Positions 18,213 through 26,898 of a DNA stretch of 64,000 nucleotides are shown here, one piece after another. How positions within the stretch are numbered: the first letter of the stretch is position 1; every line of letters begins with the position of its first letter. The position numbers and the translations under genes were made by a program. The stretch spans positions 532,562 through 596,561 of the forward strand of contig OY969413.1 of assembly GCA_963699165.1 (NCBI GenBank), given 5' to 3'. The notes under the pieces were generated by a model, which saw only the letters and a list, made by a program, of their open reading frames with translations, searched no databases and was not told the origin of the DNA. Origin of the DNA: Candidatus Kaiserbacteria bacterium. GTDB lineage: Bacteria > Patescibacteriota > Minisyncoccia > Phycocordibacterales > Phycocordibacteraceae.

Positions 18213-19139
18213 TTAGACCTTCAAGTACCTGCGGATTGCAAGCACCGACGCGACCGCGCCGAGCACGATGCCAGCAATGAGCAATATTCCCGAGATGAGC
18301 AGGAGGTGGCTTGCGTAATAATCGGCAAGATTGAATCCACCGAGCCACGCAGACGTTTTCGCACCGCCATACCACGTGAGCGGCCACAAGAAGAGCAAGA
18401 CAATGAACGCCGCGATGACTCCCGTGATGATGCCGGTCACGATAAACGGCCCTTGAATGTACGCATTGCTCGCGCCGACAAGCCGCATCACGGCGACCTC
18501 CTCTTTGGCGGTGTAAATGGAGAGGCGGATGGTCGCAAAGGCAATGAGAATCGACGCGATTGAGAACAAAATGACGACGGCGAGCCCGATTTCGCGCGTC
18601 GCCTGAATGGCGCTCGTGAGGCGGTCAATGGTCTGCTTGTTTTGTTGGTAATTTATGCGGTCGATGATGGACGTACCGGACGACGAGAGTACCGGCGACG
18701 CCTCGAGAAAACTCACGATGCTTTCGTATTCGGTCGGGTCTTTTGCGCGAATGGAGAGCGATGCGTCGAGCGGGTTGCCGCCGAGTTCGTCGAGCGCTTG
18801 GAGCGTCAGCTGGTCCGCCGCGTGGCGCGAGCGAAATGCCGCGAGTGCGTCCGCCGCGGATGTGTACGAGACGCTCGCAACCTGCGGCAATTTTTCAATT
18901 TGGTTTTGTACGGAGAGAATGTCCTGCTCGCTCGCGCTTGTGACGAAATAGACCGACACGTCGACTTTGTCTTTCAATCCGTTCAGTGTGAACGTAAGCA
19001 ACGCCGAAAGGAAAATGAGCGAGCTGATGATGCCGAGCGTGACCGTCATGATGAGCACGGTCGCGACGGAAACCGCGCCGCCGCGGGCGAAGTTTTTCCA
19101 ACCCGCAACTAGCATTCGTTTGAAAATCATCCAAGTCAT
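18213..19139 (-). CDS. ftsX: cell division permease FtsX
   Basis: Four-TM FtsX fold with a large extracytoplasmic loop, directly downstream of ftsE. Confidence 0.85.
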   Translation of the reverse strand: MTWMIFKRMLVAGWKNFARGGAVSVATVLIMTVTLGIISSLIFLSALLTFTLNGLKDKVDVSVYFVTSASEQDILSVQNQIEKLPQVASVSYTSAADALAAFRSRHAADQLTLQALDELGGNPLDASLSIRAKDPTEYESIVSFLEASPVLSSSGTSIIDRINYQQNKQTIDRLTSAIQATREIGLAVVILFSIASILIAFATIRLSIYTAKEEVAVMRLVGASNAYIQGPFIVTGIITGVIAAFIVLLFLWPLTWYGGAKTSAWLGGFNLADYYASHLLLISGILLIAGIVLGAVASVLAIRRYLKV

Positions 19140-19161
19140 ATGGTGAGTATATCAGCCGGCA

Positions 19162-19863
19162 TCATAAGCTGTACTTCCCGCCCGCATCGTCTCGGACCAG
19201 TTTCCCGCGGTCGATGGTGACGACGCGCTTTCCAATGGCGTCTACGACGCCCTTGTTGTGCGTCGTTATCACGATGGTCGTGCCAAGCTCGTTGATTTTT
19301 TTCAAAATCTCCACAACTTCGAAGGTGTTAATCGGGTCAAGATTTCCGGTCGGCTCGTCCGCGACAATGAGTTCCGGCTGATTGATGATGGCGCGGCCGA
19401 TGGCGATGCGCTGCTTTTCGCCGCCCGAGAGCTGGTCGGGGAAATGCGCCGCCTTGTCGCCCAAGTTTACGAGGTCGAGTATATACGGCACATCGCTCGC
19501 GATTTCTTCGTCGGTGCGGCCGGCCGCCTCCATCGCGAAAGCGATGTTTTCATAGGCGGTTTTGTTCGGTATAAGGCGAAAATCCTGAAAAACCATGCCG
19601 ATTTTGCGGCGATAGTGGTGGAGAGCCGAGCTCGGCAGGTCATTTACGTCTATTGATTCAAAAAAGACATTTCCTTCGCTTGGGCGTTCCTCCGCGAGCA
19701 AGAGTTTCAAAAGCGTCGTCTTGCCTGCGCCCGAGTGGCCGACGATGGTGACGAATTCTTTGGGGGCGACGGAGATGGTCACATCCTCGAGTGCGGCCAT
19801 GTCCCCGTATCGTTTCGTCACCTTGTCGAAATAAATCATGTGTCGCTCCTCATTGTACCCCAT
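19162..19863 (-). CDS. ftsE: cell division ATP-binding protein FtsE
   Basis: Walker A GHSGAGKTT, LSGGEKQR signature, ADEPTGNLD. Probable start at MIYFDKV (19839). Confidence 0.9.
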   Translation of the reverse strand: MGYNEERHMIYFDKVTKRYGDMAALEDVTISVAPKEFVTIVGHSGAGKTTLLKLLLAEERPSEGNVFFESIDVNDLPSSALHHYRRKIGMVFQDFRLIPNKTAYENIAFAMEAAGRTDEEIASDVPYILDLVNLGDKAAHFPDQLSGGEKQRIAIGRAIINQPELIVADEPTGNLDPINTFEVVEILKKINELGTTIVITTHNKGVVDAIGKRVVTIDRGKLVRDDAGGKYSL

Positions 19864-19933
19864 CTGATTCCTTCCCGTCTATCAAACCGCGTATTCACGC
19901 CCTGCGCGGGTGTGGATAAGCGTTTCCAAGGGC

Positions 19934-20812
19934 CTATTCAGCCCCTGCTTTCGCCGCCGCGTCGATAAACCCGTCCAAATCGCCCTCAAGCACCTTCTCC
20001 GGATTCGAGGATTCAAACTCCGTGCGGTGGTCTTTCACCATTTTGTACGGATGCAAAACGTAGGAGCGGATTTGGCTCCCCCACTCGTTGGCCGTCGTCG
20101 CGGCTATCGAGCGGCCCTTCGCGAGCGCCTCGCGCTCGGCTTCTTCTTTTGCAAAAATTTTCGCCTTCAAAAGCTCAAGAGCCTTCTCGCGGTTCGCGAG
20201 CTGGCTGCGTTCGCTTGAAACGTGCACAGAAAGATTGGTCGGCTTGTGGAGAATGCGCACTGCCGTCTCGCGCTTGTTCACGTTTTGCCCGCCCGCGCCG
20301 CCCGAGCGCGCAAATTGTATTTCAATGTCGTCCGGTTTGAGCGTGACCTTGTCGGCCGCAACAAGCGTCGGCAAAACTTCCACAAGCGCGAAACTCGTCT
20401 GCCGCTTTGCATTTGCATTAAAGGGCGACTGCCGCACAAGCCGATGCACGCCCGCTTCGTGCTTCAGTCGGCCGTACGCGCCGCTTCCAGTGATTTCAAT
20501 CATCACGTTTCGGTACCCGCCTTGGTCGTTCTCATTTGCATGAAGCTCATGCGTGCGCCAACCCTTGAGCGCGGCATACCCCTCGTACATGCGGCGAAGC
20601 ATGCGCGCAAAATCTTCGGCATCGTCGCCGCCCGCGCCCGCAAGTATCGCAAGCGTCGCATTTCCAGAATCATGAGGGTCGCCCGTCCCGCCGTCTTTGA
20701 GCGCCTGATACTCGCTAATGAAGGCCTGCGCCTTGTCTTTGTCCAACCAAAAATCCGGCGATGCCATCATCGCTTCGAGTTCGAGCAACCGCTGTTCCCT
20801 TTTCTCGTCCAT
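19934..20812 (-). CDS. prfB: peptide chain release factor 2 (short form)
   Basis: SPF tripeptide ([13 protein letters not shown]) and GGQ ([11 protein letters not shown]). A single uninterrupted ORF. Start set at MDEKREQ because the upstream part of the ORF overlaps tRNA-Thr. Confidence 0.85.
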   Translation of the reverse strand: MDEKREQRLLELEAMMASPDFWLDKDKAQAFISEYQALKDGGTGDPHDSGNATLAILAGAGGDDAEDFARMLRRMYEGYAALKGWRTHELHANENDQGGYRNVMIEITGSGAYGRLKHEAGVHRLVRQSPFNANAKRQTSFALVEVLPTLVAADKVTLKPDDIEIQFARSGGAGGQNVNKRETAVRILHKPTNLSVHVSSERSQLANREKALELLKAKIFAKEEAEREALAKGRSIAATTANEWGSQIRSYVLHPYKMVKDHRTEFESSNPEKVLEGDLDGFIDAAAKAGAE

Positions 20813-20828
20813 ACGGGCGAGTATACCA

Positions 20829-20904
20829 CTGACTATTTTGGAGCCACCCCGGAGAATTGAACTCCGGACCTTCTCGTTACGAGTGAGATGCTCTACCAAC
20901 TGAG
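20829..20904 (-). tRNA. tRNA-Thr (anticodon CGU), CCA encoded
   Basis: GCCACCC/GGGTGGC acceptor stem, D-loop AGTTGGTA, anticodon loop CTCGTAA, T-arm CGGAG-TTCAATT-CTCCG, 3' TCCA. Confidence 0.85.
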
Positions 20905-20938
20905 CTAGGGTGGCACAACTGCGAACATGAATAAATTA

Positions 20939-21502
20939 TCACGATTTCCGCATTCGGGCGAGGAGTTGACCCTCCTTGGCTCGGTTGCTTGCCGCTCGAA
21001 GAGGTCTTCCATTCCCTTTATTCGAACCTGCAAAAGTTGGGCTCAACGAATCGCAATTCGGGCACACAAGCCGCAGATTCTCTTCCGTATTGTTTTTCCA
21101 ATTCCCGTCGATATGGTCCGCCACGAGCGGCACTTTTCCGGTTTTCGGATTGACTTTTGACCATCCGCAAAAACAGCACTTGTTATCGAATTTCTGGCGC
21201 AAATATCTTTTGACGGAATCAGATACGAGTCCGATGGAATTCAAACCGGAAATTTTTCCCTCTTTCCACTCCTTGATGTAGGTCTGGTACTGAAATTCGT
21301 GCTGGCATGCGTTACTGCAATATGTATAAATTGCTCGCGCTGGTTCTTTTTTGCAAACGGGACATTTTGTCCTCGGCTTCTTCGGATTCGGCATATGCCT
21401 AATTATATCGCAAATGCAGACCAATTTGCATAAATACAATTGGTCGCATGTTGATAACGTGCGGCAACCCCAACTTCCTTCCATTTTATTCCAGTCACAC
21501 AA
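20939..21502 (-). CDS. HNH endonuclease
   Basis: CCFCGW...VADHIDGNWKNNTEENLRLVCPNCDS is an HNH zinc-finger nuclease motif. Possible start at MPNPKK (about 21394). Confidence 0.7.
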   Translation of the reverse strand: MCDWNKMEGSWGCRTLSTCDQLYLCKLVCICDIIRHMPNPKKPRTKCPVCKKEPARAIYTYCSNACQHEFQYQTYIKEWKEGKISGLNSIGLVSDSVKRYLRQKFDNKCCFCGWSKVNPKTGKVPLVADHIDGNWKNNTEENLRLVCPNCDSLSPTFAGSNKGNGRPLRAASNRAKEGQLLARMRKS

Positions 21503-21571
21503 TCGCGTTCTGGAAAAGTCTGACGACCAGTAATGGGAGCGCTCTGCGCAAGGTCATTCACAATCGACCAA

Positions 21572-21596
21572 ACCGGCGGCGCGTAGCGCCGCCGGT
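21572..21596. repeat. GC-hairpin repeat copy (accggcggcgc-gta-gcgccgccggt)
   Basis: Same hairpin family as 14364-14384. Confidence 0.5.
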
Positions 21597-22037
21597 GCAG
21601 GTATAAATGCTTTCAAAATACAAGTATTTGTTGTATGGTGCGAAACAGAAGAACTGCACCGCCTTGCACAGGAGAGCATCCATCGTGATACCTCGGCCCA
21701 TTACCGATCCAGGCAAACTTTCGGAGCGCGACCGGCGAACCCTCGAGGTGCTTGATAAAAACTTCAACGCCGAGCTTCTCAGTCCGTCGGTCGGGAAGAT
21801 TCCGGTACGGTTGCGTTGTTCGAGTCGGCTTTCAAAGGCTGCGTCCGAAGCCTTGCTGGTCAAAATCGTTAGGCACCTGAGGGAAGGTCTTTTCCCAAAG
21901 ATCGAAACCCTTGTGGTGCTGTATTACGTCTAGCATTCCACCGCACGTCCGCTTACGAACCGTATCAGGATTAATCCCCCTGCTACGGTTCTTCGTTTAT
22001 ATAAGGTCGGCTCGAAGAGTCTGTACGAATTGCTCGG

Positions 22038-22052
22038 CGTCCATTCCAAAGA
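22038..22052. other. note: a weaker copy of this hairpin actually sits at 22238-22252 (cggcgc-ttc-gcgccg); entry included for completeness
   Basis: See the repeat finding. Coordinates for the degenerate copy are approximate, at 22238-22252. Confidence 0.2.
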
Positions 22053-22054
22053 CG

Positions 22055-22073
22055 GGCGGCGCGAAGCGCCGCC
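22055..22073. repeat. GC-hairpin repeat copy (ggcggcgc-gaa-gcgccgcc)
   Basis: Same family. Confidence 0.5.
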
Positions 22074-22173
22074 GGTGCATTTGCCCTGCATTAAAATCGC
22101 CCCGCTTTCGCCCGTGTGGATATCATTGATTTTTCATCCGAATCCGCTATAGTGTCAGTATCACCACGGGAAA

Positions 22174-22216
22174 GACCCCTGTACGGATACGTCCGCACCG
22201 GGGGCTTTTTTATTTT
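22174..22216 (+). terminator. intrinsic terminator (plus strand)
   Basis: GC-rich hairpin (CCCC...CGGATACGTCCG...GGGG) followed by TTTTTTATTTT. Confidence 0.5.
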
Positions 22217-22278
22217 GGAATTAAAATGCAACACGGGCGGCGCTTCGCGCCGGCTGGGTTGGGTTTGTACAAATTCGC

Positions 22279-23175
22279 TCAGTCGCCAGTTTCTTCGACA
22301 CCTATTTTCCACACACCCTTTTCAAGAAACGCCTCGATCGTTTGCCGAGTTGCTTTGTTAATCAAATTTGGGTGCGAAAGTTTTTTGCTTTTAGCGTATG
22401 CAACAAGCGGAATGATTTTTTTGCCCTCCAGATACGCTAACCGCTTGTGATAGCTGTTGGTAAGCGCTTTTGCAACAATTTCTTCCATGACCGCGGTCTC
22501 GCCTTTCGCATCAAATTCCTTAAAGGCCGCGTAGTATTTTACGCGGTCAACGACTTTAATATTTATCGGAACAAACCCTTCTCGAATCAGCAAATAATTA
22601 TTGAGAACGCGGCCAATACGGCCGTTGCCGTCTATAAACGGGTGCGTATATTCAAAAGCCAAATGCAGTCTCGCAATGCGTTTGACGATGCTTTCATGGC
22701 TCGCAGAATTATACTCGGCAAGCATCTTTTGGAGCCGTCCCTGAATTTCTTGCGGGGCCGGTGCGATGTGGCTCCCGACGCGAACGTACTCGTTTTCCTT
22801 TCTAAATCGTCCGGCAATATCGTCGCGAATGTTCGCGATAAGCATTTTGTGAAGCGACAGAATAACATCGAGCGACAGCTCCTGCTCTTTCGCCTTATTG
22901 TCTATGTATGCCACAACCCGTGCGAGATTTTTTGCCTCAAAAATCTCCCGTTCGCTGATGAACCTGTCGAGGTCAATCTGGAGGAGAATTTTTTCAGTTT
23001 CCTCAAGCGTAAGGGTGCTGTTTTCAATGGCGTTTGAGTTGTATACCTGATCGGCGATTTCCGCTTCGCTGATAAGCGAAATAAGCGCCTCCTTGCCGGT
23101 AGAAGCTTTGTAGTATCTCTCGCGAAGCGCGTTGATTTTATTGAAGACCGCCGGTGTCTTTGCCATTAACTCCAA
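22279..23175 (-). CDS. Fic/DOC family protein (AMPylation-type)
   Basis: Canonical HPFIDGNGRIGR Fic motif. Confidence 0.9.
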   Translation of the reverse strand: MELMAKTPAVFNKINALRERYYKASTGKEALISLISEAEIADQVYNSNAIENSTLTLEETEKILLQIDLDRFISEREIFEAKNLARVVAYIDNKAKEQELSLDVILSLHKMLIANIRDDIAGRFRKENEYVRVGSHIAPAPQEIQGRLQKMLAEYNSASHESIVKRIARLHLAFEYTHPFIDGNGRIGRVLNNYLLIREGFVPINIKVVDRVKYYAAFKEFDAKGETAVMEEIVAKALTNSYHKRLAYLEGKKIIPLVAYAKSKKLSHPNLINKATRQTIEAFLEKGVWKIGVEETGD

Positions 23176-23208
23176 GTATAGTCGTTTTCACTGTTTTGTC
23201 AACATAAC

Positions 23209-23332
23209 CGTGAAAATATCGATATTTTTACGATTTTTCACGTTTATGACCGCATATCGAGCGAGAAAACCATGTTTTACATCGATTTTCTTTGTTAACT
23301 TCCACGCATGGATAAGGTTAACAATTGTTAAC
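23209..23332. promoter_or_regulatory. putative operator region between divergent fic and secreted-protein genes
   Basis: Inverted repeat CGTGAAAAT(N15)ATTTTTCACG at 23209-23242. Perfect 16-bp palindrome GTTAACAATTGTTAAC at 23317-23332, with another GTTAAC at 23294. Confidence 0.35.
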
Positions 23333-23431
23333 CTGTAAATTTTGCAGGATTACAACCTCCCACAGCAAGAGCAGGGGTCAGACGTGAAGCTCCTTTGGGT
23401 CCGTGCAACGGAAAATTGATATACTTAACTC

Positions 23432-24082
23432 ATGAAAAAGTTTGCCCTCGCTGCGGCTGTGGTAGTGCTCGCCGCCGCAGGCGCGCTGTATTTGTTTATT
23501 GCCAATTCTTCGAAGCCCCAACCCGACGGTATGTTTTCAGCAACCTATGTACCGAGCGGATGGACGACACAGGGTGACTCCGCCACATCTGCGATTGTCA
23601 CGGCGTTCATATCGCCCGATTACCTTCTGGAAAATCCAGCGGTGGTGGAAGATTGCTCCGGCACCGCTTCCGACGGCGGCTCAAGCGAGGGTTGCGTCAT
23701 GAATGCCAATGAACAAGTTTTGGGGAGAGGCGCATATTTAGCGGTGGCCTACGACCCGTGCATTGCCGGAGACGTGACAGAGGCCCAGTTTAGGAAAAGA
23801 GAGCTCGAGAACAGCAAAGACTTACAAGGTTTGGTGGACCAAAAGCCAATCGTCATCGCGGGACATAAAGCGGTTTTGTTCCACACGCGAAATCTCACAA
23901 ATACGACGCATCCTGCGATGGAAGACAACTACCACTTTACGGTTGTTTCATCGGTGAAAAAATCCTTTTGCCAAGACGTTAACTTTGGTTTTGTAGAGTC
24001 TACGACAACAGACTATGGCGCAGAATACGAGAAATTTATCGACGGCCTGCGGTTTACGCCTGATAAAAGTGCAGAGCAATAG
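23432..24082 (+). CDS. hypothetical secreted/membrane-anchored protein
   Basis: N-terminal signal/TM segment MKKFALAAAVVVLAAAGALYLFIA; no known domain. Confidence 0.5.
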   Translation: MKKFALAAAVVVLAAAGALYLFIANSSKPQPDGMFSATYVPSGWTTQGDSATSAIVTAFISPDYLLENPAVVEDCSGTASDGGSSEGCVMNANEQVLGRGAYLAVAYDPCIAGDVTEAQFRKRELENSKDLQGLVDQKPIVIAGHKAVLFHTRNLTNTTHPAMEDNYHFTVVSSVKKSFCQDVNFGFVESTTTDYGAEYEKFIDGLRFTPDKSAEQ

Positions 24083-24112
24083 AAGGATTTAAAGTGGAAT
24101 TGAGAATATACC

Positions 24113-24143
24113 AAAGCGGGCGGCGCTTCGCGCCGCCCGCTTT
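24113..24143. terminator. bidirectional intrinsic terminator, the strongest copy of the GC-hairpin family
   Basis: 12-bp perfect stem AAAGCGGGCGGCGC-TTC-GCGCCGCCCGCTTT. T-rich on the plus strand (TTTGGGCTTTGTATTTTCTT) and on the minus strand. Confidence 0.6.
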
Positions 24144-24214
24144 GGGCTTTGTATTTTCTTCCTGACCCAGTAGGTCATTCTGCTGAATGACCACGTAGGT
24201 CACATTACTAAGTG

Positions 24215-24475
24215 AGCCGAGAGTCGGGATTGAACCGACGACCCCGTCCTTCGCTTTCACCTCCCCTTTCGATATACGGGAGGGCTAGACTGTATCTTTG
24301 TCCCACCAAATGCGGGAGACCCTTGTCAGTCGTTCGGGCGCATTTGATTGCGCCACGGTCTTGTCCACGATGTGGATATTAACCGTTATTCGGGATTCAC
24401 TGTTCCGTCGCTGGAACAGTGGGCAGGGGTTTGCGACCCACCATGGACGTGCTCTACCAACTGAGCTATCTCGGC
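24215..24475 (-). tRNA. tRNA-Thr (anticodon GGU) interrupted by a group I intron in the anticodon loop
   Basis: Exon 1 (24440-24475) is GCCGAGA-UA-GCUC-AGUUGGUA-GAGC-A-CGUCC-AUGGU. Exon 2 (24215-24251) is AA-GGACG-GGGUC-GUCGG-UUCAAUC-CCGAC-UCUCGGC-U. Joined, they give a 73-nt cloverleaf with anticodon loop AUGGUAA. Confidence 0.75.
24252..24439 (-). ncRNA. group I intron (about 188 nt) inserted between tRNA positions 36 and 37
   Basis: U precedes the 5' splice site and the intron ends in G. R-like element GAACGACUGACAAGG (24321-24336) and S-like element AAGAUACAGUCUAGCC (24283-24298) can form P7 (GACUG/CAGUC). No ORF inside. Confidence 0.65.
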
Positions 24476-24583
24476 CTAACGCCCGAACATTCGGCTTCCG
24501 AATGTTTTAGGGGTTAACGCACTGTCGCAGTGTAGCCGAAATCAGCCATTCTTTCAATTTTTGAAATCGGTTATACTGCCCAC

Positions 24584-24937
24584 ATGGAAGGACTCACCAA
24601 TTACCAGAAGGAGGAACGCCCGTGGGGTGATTTTGAACGATTTACGCTCAACGAAAAGACGACAGTGAAAATCATCACCGTGAAAGCGGGCGAAGAATTT
24701 AGTTTGCAAACGCACGAGCATCGCGACGAGTTTTGGCGCGTCGTGAAGGGTTCCGGCATCGTCCGCATCGGCGAGACGGAACACGATGCGAAAGAAGGCG
24801 ATGCTTTTTATAGTCCGCGCCATACCGAACACCGCGTCCACGGCGGTCCCGAAGGAATCTCATTTCTTGAAATAGCATTCGGCGAATTCGACGAAAACGA
24901 CATCAAACGCCTCGAAGACAAATACGGCAGGGCGTAA
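24584..24937 (+). CDS. cupin-domain protein (mannose-6-phosphate isomerase type II C-terminal-like)
   Basis: Cupin motifs: WGDFERF, HEHRDEFWRVVKGSG, RHTEHRVHG. The ATG sits 6 nt after a TATACT box with no SD, so the transcript may be leaderless. Confidence 0.75.
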   Translation: MEGLTNYQKEERPWGDFERFTLNEKTTVKIITVKAGEEFSLQTHEHRDEFWRVVKGSGIVRIGETEHDAKEGDAFYSPRHTEHRVHGGPEGISFLEIAFGEFDENDIKRLEDKYGRA

Positions 24938-26191
24938 TTACTCGTACCGCAGAGCGTCGATAGGATTTTTCTTTCCGGCTTTGCGCGCCGGATAAATGCC
25001 GAAGACGATGCCGGCGAGTCCCGACACGCCGAGACCGAGAATGACGGAGGAAATCGGAAATGCAAACGTCCATCCAAGCGACGGATTAAACGCATTGATG
25101 CCGAGATAGGCCGCGCCGACAACGAGCGCGCCAAAAGCGATGCCGATAACTCCGCCCGAAAACGTAAGCAACACCGATTCGATGAGGAATTGCTGGAGGA
25201 TATCGTTGTCGGTCGCGCCGACGGCTTTGCGCAGGCCGATTTCGCGCGTCCGCTCCGTGACCGAGACGAGCATGATATTCATGATGCCGATGCCGCCGAC
25301 AACGAGCGAGATGGATGCGATGGCGGCAAGAAACATCGTGAGCACCGACGTGATGGTGCCGAGAATGGAAAGAATGTCGGCCTGCGTCTGAATGGTGAAA
25401 TCGTCCTTGGTCGGATCGGTGATGCCGTGACTATTTTGCAGGATGAAGCTGATGCGCGATTTTACGAAATTAATATCGTAGTTTGCATTTGCCTGCACGA
25501 CGATGACATTGAAATAGGTGATGCCGAGCAGCTGTTTTTGCGCGACGGTTATCGGCATCACGACGATGTTCCCGATGTCAACGCCGAACGCTCCCGTGCC
25601 GCCCTTGGCCAGCACGCCGACAACGCGAAAGGATTCATTTTTCAGACGGATAAGCTTGTTTATCGGGTCAACGTTCGGACCGAACAGAGTTTTCGCGAGA
25701 TCGGGACCGATGACCACGACATGGTTCGCCGAATCGACGTCGCCTTTCGTAAAGGTCTGTCCGGTCGACACCTTTGCCAGATTGCTGACGACGTAGAAGT
25801 CCGCCGTGCTTCCGGTATAGCTCACCGTTTTTGTGGTATTGCCGTACACGACATCCGCCTGTCCGCGGACTTCCGGCACGGCGTAGTCGATGGTCGGGTC
25901 GCGCGAGAGCGAATCTACATCCTGCTGTTTCAAGCTGGCAATGATAATGCCCTGCGACGAAGCCGGCGCGGAAAGTCCCCCGCCGCTCGGTGCGCCCGGC
26001 ACGATAACGATGAGGTTGGAACCGACGCTTTGCACCTGCCCGAGAATGAGGTTCTGCGCCGACTGCCCTATCGACATCAAAATAATCACCGACGCGATGC
26101 CGATGACGACGCCGAGCATCGTCAAAATCGAACGCATTTTCCCGTGCGTTAAGCTTCTGGTTGCCGTTTTGAATGCATCGCGGAATAGCAT
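24938..26191 (-). CDS. MacB-type ABC transporter permease (FtsX domain with MacB periplasmic domain)
   Basis: N-terminal TM, a large extracytoplasmic domain, and a C-terminal FtsX-like four-TM bundle. C-terminal YPARKA...NPIDALRYE. Confidence 0.9.
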   Translation of the reverse strand: MLFRDAFKTATRSLTHGKMRSILTMLGVVIGIASVIILMSIGQSAQNLILGQVQSVGSNLIVIVPGAPSGGGLSAPASSQGIIIASLKQQDVDSLSRDPTIDYAVPEVRGQADVVYGNTTKTVSYTGSTADFYVVSNLAKVSTGQTFTKGDVDSANHVVVIGPDLAKTLFGPNVDPINKLIRLKNESFRVVGVLAKGGTGAFGVDIGNIVVMPITVAQKQLLGITYFNVIVVQANANYDINFVKSRISFILQNSHGITDPTKDDFTIQTQADILSILGTITSVLTMFLAAIASISLVVGGIGIMNIMLVSVTERTREIGLRKAVGATDNDILQQFLIESVLLTFSGGVIGIAFGALVVGAAYLGINAFNPSLGWTFAFPISSVILGLGVSGLAGIVFGIYPARKAGKKNPIDALRYE

Positions 26192-26193
26192 GA

Positions 26194-26898
26194 TTATTTA
26201 AGCGGACCGTGCAGACGGTGCGAGGTGATTGCCTGATCGCTTTCCTTCAAACCGTCGCGCATGCGGATGATGCGGTTCGCAAACTCGGCGGTCTGCGTCT
26301 CGTGCGTTACGAGAATGATGGTGCGGCCCTTTTCGTGAAGCGATTTGAGTATTTCCATAATTTGCAGACCGGACTGCGAATCAAGGTTGCCGGTCGGTTC
26401 ATCGGCAAAGATGACATTCGGGTCCGTCACAAGAGCGCGCGCTATGGCCACGCGCTGTTTTTGTCCGCCGGAAAGTTTCCCCGCTTCGGTATGTAGTTTT
26501 TCGCCGAGACCGACCGAGCGAACGGCTTCTTCAACAAATGTTCGCCGCTTCGCAGGCGCAACGGTGGAATACAGAAGCGGCACTTCCACATTGTCATACA
26601 CCGTCAAGCGCGACAGCAGGTTGAACGATTGAAAGACGAAGCCCATGTCTTTGTTGCGGACATGCGCGAGCTCGTGGTCGGTCATATCGTCGATACTTTT
26701 CCCCTGAAACTTGTACGAACCGCCCGTCGGTCGGTCGAGGAAGCTTAATATCTGCAGAAGCGTGGACTTCCCCGATCCGGATGGCCCCATGATTGAAACA
26801 AACTCGCCCTTGTCTATCGTGAACGTCACTCCCCGAAGCGCAAGCGTCGGCGTTTCTTCATCGACGTATTCTTTTTTTAGGTCGTTTACTTCAATCAT
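26194..26898 (-). CDS. MacB/LolD-type ABC ATP-binding protein
   Basis: [45 protein letters not shown]. Confidence 0.9.
   Translation of the reverse strand: MIEVNDLKKEYVDEETPTLALRGVTFTIDKGEFVSIMGPSGSGKSTLLQILSFLDRPTGGSYKFQGKSIDDMTDHELAHVRNKDMGFVFQSFNLLSRLTVYDNVEVPLLYSTVAPAKRRTFVEEAVRSVGLGEKLHTEAGKLSGGQKQRVAIARALVTDPNVIFADEPTGNLDSQSGLQIMEILKSLHEKGRTIILVTHETQTAEFANRIIRMRDGLKESDQAITSHRLHGPLK

Noticed and set aside
21607-22129. Possible SprT-like zinc metallopeptidase gene (ORFs 21607-21933 and 21911-22129).
   Set aside because: There is no HExxH motif. The second ORF translates straight through a GC hairpin terminator. At best it is a degraded remnant, so it is not reported as a gene.
25190-26152. 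A 320-aa plus-strand ORF antisense to the MacB permease. Similar antisense ORFs occur in the HlyD genes (27735-28295, 28039-28416) and the PaaK-like gene (34701-35840).
   Set aside because: Their partners on the opposite strand have strong homology. These ORFs are Arg/His/Asp-rich artefacts of high GC.
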